64,000 bases of DNA from a plasmid: sequence record NZ_CP014126.2, one strand, 5' to 3'. Made by a program: the position numbers and the translations under genes. The notes under the pieces were generated by a model. That model was given only the letters and a program-made list of their open reading frames with translations. It ran no database searches and was not told where the DNA came from. Positions 8,624 to 17,070 of this stretch are shown piece after piece (the stretch's first letter is position 1; each line of letters opens with the position of its first letter).

Positions 8624-8691
8624 GGAGCTAAGGCCGGTTTACACCGGCCATTCTGTCCATGAGCGGGGTGCTGAACCGCGAAAAAAACCAG

Positions 8692-8864
8692 CAGGCCTTA
8701 CAGGCCAGGCAAAACCCGGTGCTGACGCACCGGCTCTCCCCCTCCGCGTTCTCTGTAGTCTGCCAGTGATGCCGGGTGTTTCACTGCTGTCCGGATGGTG
8801 TCGCCGGTTATGCAGGCTCAGATGCAATTGCTGCCTTTACTGACTAAACATCAACTTCAGGGGC
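8692..8864 (+). repeat. 170-bp upstream repeat module, copy 2
   Basis: Identical to 6785-6955. Confidence 0.8.
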
Positions 8865-9010
8865 CGGGACATGGCCACCTTCGGCTCCCCGGCGTTGCCG
8901 GGTCGTCAGTCCCACTCCGCTAACCGGCAAAGCCGGTAAGCTCCGCCGAACCCCTTCGGGTTTCGGACATAGGGCCTGATGGCTGAGGTCAAGGGCTGCA
9001 ACCGGCTGTC
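8865..9010 (+). repeat. Leading-region structured repeat, copy D (5' about 145 bp only, then diverges into a different GC-rich leader)
   Basis: Identity with copies A-C ends after aaccggctgtcgccggtgc. Confidence 0.6.
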
Positions 9011-9314
9011 GCCGGTGCGTTCACTGGCCCCGAAATCGGGGCCGCTGAGGACCGGACCGGCAAAGGGCCGCCGTCCGGTGCTGTGTCCTGTTCATCTCCC
9101 GCGTTCTGTTTCGTTTCCTGAATTCCTCGCCGTGCAGAAATTTGGCACACGGGCGCCTTCGCACAAGGGACGCAAGCTAAACGGCTGCACCCGGTCCCTT
9201 CGGGCTGCGGCTTTGCCGTTTCCCTCTGCGCTCAGCCTGATCCCCGTGCGCCCGTTCTGCCCTCACGGCGAGGAACTCAGAGAAACATCGAATAAACCAC
9301 ACGGGAGACACAAC

Positions 9315-9893
9315 ATGTCAAAGCTGAACGTCAACACCCCGGCTTCAGAATCTAAAGAATCATCTTTTTTAACGGCAAAACCATCAGAAGAAATCAGCTA
9401 CGAAGCTATCCGTCGTGCATTACGTCGCAGTCTATTTTTCAAGGATCATCCGCAGTTCAATGTGAACACCGCGGCGCTGCGTAGCGATTTTGCTATGAAT
9501 CTGGAGTATCTGACGGCGGCAACCTTTACGCGCGAAGAGGCAGATTTTAATACGGGAAAATTCCGCTCAGGAATCGAGATGCTGCTGATTAACGCGCATG
9601 AAAAACTGCAGATCACGGTTTTTGTTTATGCTCCAGCGGCAGGCTCTGCACCGGAAATCTATGAAACCCGGATCGTGCATTCAGCTAATCCGATTGGTGA
9701 AGAAGAATATGCGGAAAATACCGAATACCAGACTACTAACGTTTACAAAGCCACAGGTGAGCTGAATGTTGCGGCGCTTGATCTGTTCTGGTCTGAGCAT
9801 GAAGGGCTGATTAAATATGCGAAGCAAAACCTGCCCCGGACTAACGAATACAGCCCATTCTGCCACTGGCAATTTTCGCACCTGAGAGGATGA
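9315..9893 (+). CDS. hypothetical acidic leading-region protein D (193 aa)
   Basis: GGGAGA RBS then ATG at 9315. The ORF-track start at 8979 lies in repeat and leader sequence. Glu-rich. Confidence 0.45.
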   Translation: MSKLNVNTPASESKESSFLTAKPSEEISYEAIRRALRRSLFFKDHPQFNVNTAALRSDFAMNLEYLTAATFTREEADFNTGKFRSGIEMLLINAHEKLQITVFVYAPAAGSAPEIYETRIVHSANPIGEEEYAENTEYQTTNVYKATGELNVAALDLFWSEHEGLIKYAKQNLPRTNEYSPFCHWQFSHLRG

Positions 9894-10014
9894 AAAAACA
9901 CTCCCCTGCAGCGTTCTGCAGGGAAATGAGATATCTGATATTCAGCAAATCGCTGGCCACTAGATAAGTTTTTTATTTGACAGCTGACACTATTTCTTTA
10001 TGAGGTTATTAATT

Positions 10015-10836
10015 ATGGTCCGTTTTTCTTCCCGCTATGCAGCCCCGACTGCTATCCGTAAAAACAGCCCGCTCAATAATGATGAGCTGATGCGCATTGT
10101 TCCGAGCGCATTTTCCGCCGAAAAGCATGATTCACGCTCTGAGCGTTATACCTATATTCCTACCATTACCCTGCTGGATAAACTGCGTGAAGAAGGGTTC
10201 GAACCTTTTTATGCCAGCCAGTCGCGCGTCCGCGATCCGGAAAGACGTGAGTTTACCAAACACATGATCCGCCTGCGCCGGGGAAATAATAACAGCGGCG
10301 AAGAGGTGCCGGAAATCGTATTACTGAACAGCCATGACGGCTCCAGCAGTTATAAAATGATCCCCGGTATTTTCCGGCAGGTCTGCACGAATGGCCTGGT
10401 GTGCTGGAAATCGTTTGGTGAAATCAGCGTGCCACACAAGGGGGATATTGTATCGCAGGTTATTGAAGGCGCTTATGAGGTGCTGGGCGTATTCGATAAG
10501 GTGGAAAATAATATCAGCATGATGAAATCCATTCAGGTTAACAGTGAAGAACGCCGCCTGCTGGGCCAGCTGGCGCTGGAATATAAATATGACGGCAAAG
10601 AGCCGCCGGTGTCAGCTGAGCGTATTATTAAGCCGCGTGCCTGGTATGACAAAGGCACCGACCTGTGGACCGCGTTTAATATCGTGCAGGAGAACCTGAT
10701 TAAGGGGGGGATGCCCGGCAGAACGGCAAAGGGAAAAAGAACTACGACACGACCGGTAACGGGCATCGACGGCGATATAAAGCTGAATCAGGCGCTGTGG
10801 AAGATGGCGGAGGAGTTCGCAAAACTCAAATCATGA
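10015..10836 (+). CDS. conserved plasmid leading-region protein (DUF932-like, family assignment from memory)
   Basis: 274 aa. Sits adjacent to the oriT-proximal transglycosylase, as in F-like plasmids. Confidence 0.4.
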   Translation: MVRFSSRYAAPTAIRKNSPLNNDELMRIVPSAFSAEKHDSRSERYTYIPTITLLDKLREEGFEPFYASQSRVRDPERREFTKHMIRLRRGNNNSGEEVPEIVLLNSHDGSSSYKMIPGIFRQVCTNGLVCWKSFGEISVPHKGDIVSQVIEGAYEVLGVFDKVENNISMMKSIQVNSEERRLLGQLALEYKYDGKEPPVSAERIIKPRAWYDKGTDLWTAFNIVQENLIKGGMPGRTAKGKRTTTRPVTGIDGDIKLNQALWKMAEEFAKLKS

Positions 10837-10858
10837 AAATAACCCCGGCATGCCGGGG

Positions 10859-11392
10859 TTATTTTTTGTCAGGCATTACGTCCGCAGCTAAGAAATTTTC
10901 AGGCGCGGGCGTTTTTTTATTCTGCTTCGCCATTGCGGTGTAAACCTCATCCCGTGCAATGAGCACGCGGTAAATACTCTTGATGATTGCAGCATATTCA
11001 CGACGCTGTTTGATCAGCTTCGGACTCGGGCCGGTGTTGTACATCCCGACGCTGTCCCAGTTTCTGCCATACTGTCTGAAATTTCGCGCCTCGATCCACG
11101 CACCGGTATAAATGCAGATGCACGGATCTTTCAGCAGCCTTTCCCGCGTAATATCAAACTTTTTCAGCTGATTAAAGTGAGAGCTGTTTATCTGCATATT
11201 GCAGACATCATGCGTGCCGCCGCTGCTTTTCGTATTCAGCGCATTATTACGCATGCGTGATTCCTGAATGGAATGCGCCATCAGGAGACGCGGATCAATA
11301 CCGAAATCCTGCCCGGCTTTTGTGAAACACATTTCCGGCGCAGCCTGCGCGCTGAATACAGCGGCAAGCGCGAGAGCAGCAAATATTTTCAT
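10859..11392 (-). CDS. Lytic transglycosylase (F geneX/orf169, R1 P19-like), signal peptide
   Basis: SLT-like ES....MQIN core (IQESRMRNN...DVCNMQINS). oriT-proximal and on the opposite strand, as in F. Confidence 0.75.
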   Translation of the reverse strand: MKIFAALALAAVFSAQAAPEMCFTKAGQDFGIDPRLLMAHSIQESRMRNNALNTKSSGGTHDVCNMQINSSHFNQLKKFDITRERLLKDPCICIYTGAWIEARNFRQYGRNWDSVGMYNTGPSPKLIKQRREYAAIIKSIYRVLIARDEVYTAMAKQNKKTPAPENFLAADVMPDKK

Positions 11393-11529
11393 TCTGATAA
11401 TCTCACGTACGTGCGCGTAAAGCGCCAGGCGGGTTCGTGTGGAAAATACCCGCTCAGATCATTGCTTGCAAGATAATTCGTTACAGACGCGCACGTTGCG
11501 CTGACCGGCTGGTGACGAACCTTGTCAGG

Positions 11530-12230
11530 GATATAAAGAATTCAGCAGGATAGCTTTATTTATCAAGCCGCTCTCCGGGTGTAAGATTTCATCACACCCC
11601 ACGCAAGATTTCATCTTGCAGTTTTTTTATTTTAAAACATAGAGTTATCCTGTTTTTAATGGAGTTTTTTGTTTATATAAAATTAAAAGTGTGCTAATTA
11701 ACACACTTTACAGTGCCGTATTGTGTGTCATGATGGTGCCTTATTGTGTGTTGTTATGGTGCTGGATTGTGTGTTGTGACAGTGCCGCCTTGTGTGGTAA
11801 TTAGGCACTGCAAAAGGCACTGTAGGGTGTGCTAATTATCGCTAGTCATTAAAATCAATAACCTAGATATATGCTACGCCATGCTAGTGCCTGATTAACA
11901 CACATCAAAACAGCCCACAGTGCCGGATTGGCACACCTAAAATAGAGTAGTAATGCCTGCTCACCACATCTTAGTTACTCAGGTTTTATCATTTCTTATG
12001 GCCTGGAAAGCTATATAGTGCTGAATTAACACACATTTTTGATGCGTCGCCTGCTATATCAGATCTCATGAAAAAATAATTACCTAGTGCTGGATTGACA
12101 CACACTCATTCAAAGAGAAATAATTAAAACAGCTGAGCTACACCTTCTACATATTTCTCCAGAAAAGATGCTCTGGTTTCTTATTCGCTTAAATTTTTCA
12201 GAATGCGATCTTATTTTCGCCGCTACGGAG
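11530..12230 (-). other. oriT: oriT region; F-like nic motif on the bottom strand: 5'-gcaagatgaaatcttGCGTGGGGTGT|GATG-3', nic predicted between 11594 and 11593
   Basis: Matches F oriT GCGTGGGGTGT|GGTG, preceded by an inverted repeat as in F. Location between geneX and traM. Confidence 0.65.
11685..12110. promoter_or_regulatory. Array of at least 9 copies of GTGC(C/T)NNATTRNCACAC-like motifs (TraM/TraY/IHF-binding-like oriT repeats)
   Basis: Examples: gtgctaattaacacac, gtgccgtattgtgtgt, gtgctggattgtgtgttg, gtgctgaattaacacaca, gtgctggattgacacacac. AT-rich context. Confidence 0.5.
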
Positions 12231-12240
12231 TGACAGCAAA

Positions 12241-12627
12241 ATGGCCCGAAGGAATATTTATTTTAAAGAGAAAACTGAAAGGGAAGTCCTTGAGCTTGTA
12301 CAGATTGAGCTTCAGAACGGAGCCACACACGGCGAGATAAACTTTTCCTCTGTTGTGAATGAGCTCGTCGGTATTGGTTTGATGGTAAAAAAACATCAGG
12401 GTGAAGGTAGCAAGTTTGATGCTGAGGGATTCAATCGAGATCTGATACGCAAAGTTTCGGGAACCCGTGAAGGAACCAGCATTATGATTGCAATGCTTAC
12501 AGAAATGTACCTGCATGTCAGAGGAGAGAACAATGCACACGCTCTGGAGGAGCTGATTGACCGTAACCTGACGGGGATAAGTGCGGCAGAGGATAGGGCT
12601 GAAAATAAGCATTTTATCCAGGAATAA
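12241..12627 (+). CDS. traM: TraM (oriT-binding relaxosome accessory protein)
   Basis: 128 aa. First gene after oriT. Colinear with F TraM (N-terminal RHH-like, then VSFS..... and an acidic C-terminus). Confidence 0.75.
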   Translation: MARRNIYFKEKTEREVLELVQIELQNGATHGEINFSSVVNELVGIGLMVKKHQGEGSKFDAEGFNRDLIRKVSGTREGTSIMIAMLTEMYLHVRGENNAHALEELIDRNLTGISAAEDRAENKHFIQE

Positions 12628-12654
12628 CGAAGCCGGGCGTTTGCCCGGCAATTT

Positions 12655-13920
12655 TTAATTTACGCGCGAAACAGGGATTCTCAGCGTGAACGTAGTACCC
12701 TTTCCGATTTCAGAGTGTGCCTTTATTGAACCGCTCATGGTTTTTATATAACTGTTCACAATAGTAAGTCCGAGTCCAAGACCTTGCCTGGTTTCTGATT
12801 CAGCACCTTGATTAAAAGGCTTGTAGAGGAACTTTAACTTACGCATGTCAAAGCCACATCCATTATCACTTACTCTTATCATTAAAATTCTATCGGTCAG
12901 TCTGAGTCTTACATCTATTAATCCATTACTGGTGTTTTTATTGGAATTATCTATCAGGTTGTGAATAATCGATATGAGCTTTTGCTTATCAGTTCGAATC
13001 AGTGTTTCAGGCAGGTTTACATGAAACTCTAATGTGTTTGTTGTTTCATTGAAGAGTGACATGCTTGATTCGATTATTTCATTGAGCCTGAAAGTTGTCA
13101 CATTTAAACCAACGTTTCCGATTTCAATCTTCGAGAACTCAAGGATCTCTTTTGTTTGCTGGAAGAGTTTATTTGAGTGTAATGAGATTTTTGCAAGATA
13201 TTTCTGAGTTGCGAGCATGCCCTCTTGGGGATCTATCATATCGCATGCGAGTTGAATTTTTTGGATTGAACCAGACATTTCGTGATAAATTGCCGAGATA
13301 AAGATATTCTTACCTTTTATGGCTGCTTTAAGTTTGGAGATGTGCATCCATAATACGATCATTAGAAGAAAAAGAAGGAATATACTTGCGAGCGCAGTTG
13401 TTTCTGCACTCATTGAGTTATCGCTTATTATCTTTTTAACTCTCTCAAAGTTTTTAATCTGAATACGATAGATGATTTGTTGGAGGTCAATCAAAGCCGG
13501 TTGCATTTCATCCATTTTACTTAGCAGCATTGCTTTTGTTGATGAAGGGTTTTCCGGATTATAGAGTGCGCCTAAATCAGCGCTTTGTTTTTCAATATTA
13601 CTTAGAGCTGATATGAAATCTGGCTCGTAATAAAACGTGCCGCTATAATTATATTTATTGCGAAGGATTAGTAGTTTTGAGTCAAAGACGGATTTACTGA
13701 TCAGGAAAGCATTCGGATTTTCAGTTTTATAAACTGCAGTTCTGGTACGTTCGAAAGCAAGAAATAATATTTCTGCAGTAGAATAGTTATCAAGAGTAGG
13801 AGCTATACTTCTGTACTGATTTTTTACTTCATTGAACTTCATAACAGTTAGATAGACGGAACCTCCAAAAAGCAGAGTCAGTACCAGGCCAAAAAATACC
13901 GCTGTTTTTTTACCTTTCAT
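12655..13920 (-). CDS. Sensor histidine kinase (2 TM helices, periplasmic domain, HisKA plus HATPase_c)
   Basis: H-box IYHEMSGS. N-box HNLIDNSNKN. G1 DNGCGF. G2 GLGLGLTIV. TM helices at the N-terminus and around aa 170-190. Confidence 0.8.
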   Translation of the reverse strand: MKGKKTAVFFGLVLTLLFGGSVYLTVMKFNEVKNQYRSIAPTLDNYSTAEILFLAFERTRTAVYKTENPNAFLISKSVFDSKLLILRNKYNYSGTFYYEPDFISALSNIEKQSADLGALYNPENPSSTKAMLLSKMDEMQPALIDLQQIIYRIQIKNFERVKKIISDNSMSAETTALASIFLLFLLMIVLWMHISKLKAAIKGKNIFISAIYHEMSGSIQKIQLACDMIDPQEGMLATQKYLAKISLHSNKLFQQTKEILEFSKIEIGNVGLNVTTFRLNEIIESSMSLFNETTNTLEFHVNLPETLIRTDKQKLISIIHNLIDNSNKNTSNGLIDVRLRLTDRILMIRVSDNGCGFDMRKLKFLYKPFNQGAESETRQGLGLGLTIVNSYIKTMSGSIKAHSEIGKGTTFTLRIPVSRVN

Positions 13921-14371
13921 CTACCGCCTCAATTCTGTTTATCTGCCAGACAGTGCGAGCATTTACTTCAAGATTATTCAACTCTGGATGCTGGTCCCTG
14001 GGATAAATGACAGCAAAAGGACCGAGATCTGAGACGGGTATCTGTTTTCCGTTTTTCTTGTAGGCAAGGATGACTCCATACTTGTCCAGTTCGGCTACGG
14101 GGAGGGTATAGCTGTAGTCATCAAGAGCAAAGATTCGCAACTGAGAGGCCTGAACACCGTACGATTTCAGGAGCGTAGTAAAAGTTACACCTTCGAATGT
14201 TGCTTCAGGGGTGAAATTAGTAGAGGTTTTAATAGTTGATAAAGCCAGATGTGACAGGTCTTCTGTAGTGATCGTTCTAGTCGTTTTACCAAAAACTAAC
14301 TGAAGCGTGTCTGCCAGCACCACAGGTGCTGACGTCATGGAGAGACACAATATACATGCCCTTATTATCAT
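13910..14371 (-). CDS. secreted/periplasmic hypothetical protein (153 aa)
   Basis: N-terminal signal peptide. Overlaps both neighbours, consistent with an operon. Confidence 0.45.
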   Translation of the reverse strand: MIIRACILCLSMTSAPVVLADTLQLVFGKTTRTITTEDLSHLALSTIKTSTNFTPEATFEGVTFTTLLKSYGVQASQLRIFALDDYSYTLPVAELDKYGVILAYKKNGKQIPVSDLGPFAVIYPRDQHPELNNLEVNARTVWQINRIEAVDER

Positions 14372-14811
14372 TTTTGTTTCCTTTTTCGCATGATCAGTTG
14401 GCCAAATTCATCGTCACCTTGCGGCACCCAACCTCGGGCTGCATAAAATCCTGCCGCAGAAGACCCTTTATCGGTGGTCAGTTCAATCTGGTCATCACTT
14501 CCGCTAAAGAACCAGTCTGTGATCCTTTCGAGTATCTCACTCCCAATACCTCGCCCGTGATACTCCGGTCTGACAAACAGGCCGCCAATGAGGGCATGGG
14601 GAATGTGTATACCCAGTCCGTAACCCACAAACTCGTCATTAATACTGCAGATCCATCCACCCCCCTGGCTGATGTCTTCAATTACCTGTTCTCTCTGCAG
14701 ATATTGTATCTGGTGAGCATGAACCATGTTTTCCTTTACAGAAAAACGGATGTCGTAAACTTCCTTGATGTGTCTTGGTTCAAGTTTCAGGAATTCCATT
14801 TTTAGTACCAT
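14368..14811 (-). CDS. GNAT family N-acetyltransferase
   Basis: RPEYHGRGIGSEIL acetyl-CoA binding motif. 147 aa. Confidence 0.75.
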   Translation of the reverse strand: MVLKMEFLKLEPRHIKEVYDIRFSVKENMVHAHQIQYLQREQVIEDISQGGGWICSINDEFVGYGLGIHIPHALIGGLFVRPEYHGRGIGSEILERITDWFFSGSDDQIELTTDKGSSAAGFYAARGWVPQGDDEFGQLIMRKRKQK

Positions 14812-14814
14812 TAT

Positions 14815-15585
14815 TTAATAGAAAATGTTTGCCAGAAGAATTGAGGATAAAATAAACACCCGCGTCGGTTTCTCGACAAGTTCAACACCATACTTGACGA
14901 TGGTTTCACCGATTTCCTGTTCATGCTGATTTAACTGTCCTGTTAACAAGATAATCGGAACTTTCTCATCTGTACTGCGAATTTTCTTAATGACTTCCTC
15001 TGAGTTTTGATCATAGTCAAGTAGCCAGTCAATAACATACCCATCATAAGATTCGCTATCAATAGCTTCACTGAGAGAGGCCGCAGTCTGAAAGGCCTGC
15101 CCGTCTATGCCGTACCTATTGGATACAGACTGCATTAACTCCAGGATTTCATTGTCATTATCAAGTATCGCTATTTTTGGGGCAGGCAAAAGGTCCATTT
15201 TCTTTACTTTCTTCATATCTTTGTGAATTTTTGAAGAAGTCGGGTTTATAATATAGAAGTTCTTACTTTTATATGCATAGTTAATACCAGGTTCTTTAAC
15301 CTCTACATCTTCATTACTTACTTCAACATTACATCGGATATGAATGTCGTTTACTATAAATAAGCCATTATAGTTACGCCTATCATCTAATGATTCATTG
15401 AAGAAAGAAAAAATACGTTTTACTTCCTGATAAGTTATGCCACGTTTTTCGTCTAGTTTTTGTTTGGCGCTCTTATATTGAATGTCTAGTATTTCAGCAA
15501 TAGTAGATGCCTGCTTTCTTTTTCCTATTCCCTTCCGTTCCAACAGGTTCAGGACTTTTTCAAGATTTAGCTTTGGTCTTTCCAA
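14815..15585 (-). CDS. Atypical response regulator: N-terminal HTH-like domain plus C-terminal receiver domain
   Basis: REC signature LDND...YDGYVIDWLL(D)...ILLTG(T)...VEKP(K) in the C-terminal half. N-terminal KQASTIAEILDIQYKSAKQKL is HTH-like. Sits in the position of traJ but on the opposite strand. Confidence 0.6.
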   Translation of the reverse strand: MERPKLNLEKVLNLLERKGIGKRKQASTIAEILDIQYKSAKQKLDEKRGITYQEVKRIFSFFNESLDDRRNYNGLFIVNDIHIRCNVEVSNEDVEVKEPGINYAYKSKNFYIINPTSSKIHKDMKKVKKMDLLPAPKIAILDNDNEILELMQSVSNRYGIDGQAFQTAASLSEAIDSESYDGYVIDWLLDYDQNSEEVIKKIRSTDEKVPIILLTGQLNQHEQEIGETIVKYGVELVEKPTRVFILSSILLANIFY

Positions 15586-15829
15586 TTGAACACCCGGCTG
15601 TATTGAATAGATTTAATAGTTTGCGTTTTTGCATTTCAATTTGGGTTAACTCAAAGATGATACACGACTGACGAACTTTTGAAGATAATTTTATGCTGTC
15701 AACTTATTGATATATATAGAGTTATTGTAAGTCCTCGCAATGGAATCAGAAAAATCCTCAAAAAATACTCAGCAAGGGGTTCACTTAGGGAGCGGTTATC
15801 TAGTAAAGTAGTGTAAGTGCCTTACATAC

Positions 15830-15994
15830 ATGTGCTCGCAGCGTAACGCCAAAGCTGTCGTGCTGTGTAAGGTGAGGCTCAATGTCAGTTTAAAAAAATA
15901 TGAACTCATGCTACGCCATAGCCTCACTGAATTTATTCTTGAATGGGGTCTAACTGCTACTGATGAGCTCATATATAAAATAATACATACATAA
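15830..15994 (+). CDS. candidate small RHH-like protein (54 aa), possible TraY analogue
   Basis: Not in the ORF track (under 60 aa). Translated by hand as MCSQRNAKAVVLCKVRLNVSLKKYELMLRHSLTEFILEWGL.... Upstream of traA, where traY sits in F. Confidence 0.2.
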   Translation: MCSQRNAKAVVLCKVRLNVSLKKYELMLRHSLTEFILEWGLTATDELIYKIIHT

Positions 15995-16045
15995 ACCTAT
16001 GCCGAAGTGTTCTCCACAAACATCTTTGCATAGCTGCGTTCAATC

Positions 16046-16082
16046 AGCCCCTCTCCTGTTCAGCATGTCTGGTGAGGGGCAG
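16046..16082 (+). other. hairpin gcccctctcc-N15-gtgaggggc in the traA upstream region
   Basis: 7-8 bp GC stem seen directly. Confidence 0.35.
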
Positions 16083-16287
16083 TTGATCGTTTTACAGATA
16101 CTTTCCAGATAGGTTTCCAACACCAGGGTTTTTTCTTCTTCTTTTCATTAACTAAGAGTTTTCTTTTCTCAGGAGGTGTGAGGTATCTAAAAGCCAAATT
16201 TCATTATCAATACTAGTCCCCGTTAATTAATGCATACGCTTTATGCGCGTATGAACTCAGTGTTTTTTTTAAACTGGATATTCACAA

Positions 16288-16710
16288 ATGAAAATTACCC
16301 ACTCCGTTACCGGTTTACCGGTGAACGTGGCGGTAGCATTGCCTGATGAGGTTAAGACTCACACAGGCAATGTATTCAGCCGCACCGCCAACCGTTTCCA
16401 TTCTGCTTCTTCTCTGTTCTTAACCTCCCTGAAATCCTCCCCCTCATTTCGCCACAGCCTAATGCTGTGCGCGTTGATGCTGGTTGTTGTGGCTTTTCCA
16501 CATATTGCTAATGCCACTGACCTGCTGAAGACGCAGCAGCAGGATGCCAGTGACACGTTTGGCCTGCAAAGCTCCGTTATGCGCTGGATTTATTTCGCAG
16601 AGATCATCATTTCAGTTGTGGGGTTCATTAAGACCCGAAATCCTCTGGTTTTTGTCGGCCTTATTGTGGTCCTGCTCGTAACCCGTGCTTTCTACGGTAT
16701 GGTCGGGTGA
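16288..16710 (+). CDS. traA: Propilin TraA (F-type pilin with long leader)
   Basis: C-terminal DLLKTQQQDASDTFGLQSSVMRWIYFAEIIISVVGFIKTRNPLVFVGLIVV... aligns with mature F pilin DLMASGNTTVKATFGKDSSVVKWVVLAEVLVGAVMYMMTKNVKF.... Confidence 0.75.
   Translation: MKITHSVTGLPVNVAVALPDEVKTHTGNVFSRTANRFHSASSLFLTSLKSSPSFRHSLMLCALMLVVVAFPHIANATDLLKTQQQDASDTFGLQSSVMRWIYFAEIIISVVGFIKTRNPLVFVGLIVVLLVTRAFYGMVG
16329..16340 (+). promoter_or_regulatory. ops-like element GGCGGTAGCATT (10/12 to RfaH ops consensus GGCGGTAGCGTG) on the non-template strand near the traA 5' end
   Basis: Sequence seen directly. An RfaH paralog is encoded 3.5 kb downstream. Confidence 0.4.
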
Positions 16711-16713
16711 TAT

Positions 16714-17019
16714 ATGGAAGACAGGGAATCGCGAAGGTATTACTTCCCGGAAACCCTAAACAACCAAAAGCGTTGGTTTGGTCTGCCACCTGAAGAGGCG
16801 GTTATTCTCATTGGTTGTGGCGGACTGGGGTTCTGGATTGACATGTTTGTCATCATGCTCATTACCGGCGGTGCGCTCTGGCTTCTTATACGTCACCTTA
16901 AGAAGGGGCAGGGGTCCTGGTGGCTTCTGAACCTTCTTTATTGGTATCTGCCCACCACGCTTTTCCGGACGCAGCTGCGGCGTGTTCCGGATTCCGGCAA
17001 CCGTCACTGGATGCAGTAG
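16714..17019 (+). CDS. traL: TraL (VirB3-like pilus assembly protein)
   Basis: YYFPETLNNQKRWFGLP..E...............KLKKGQGSWWLLNLLYWYLPT...........VPDS matches F TraL. Confidence 0.85.
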   Translation: MEDRESRRYYFPETLNNQKRWFGLPPEEAVILIGCGGLGFWIDMFVIMLITGGALWLLIRHLKKGQGSWWLLNLLYWYLPTTLFRTQLRRVPDSGNRHWMQ

Positions 17020-17070
17020 CCCTTCTGCCGCCTTTCGGGGCGGCACATTTCCCTGAAAATGGGAGGACTC

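Noticed and set aside
14326-14805. 159-aa plus-strand ORF overlapping the GNAT gene
   Set aside because: It is antisense to a gene with clear motifs, and has no RBS or family.
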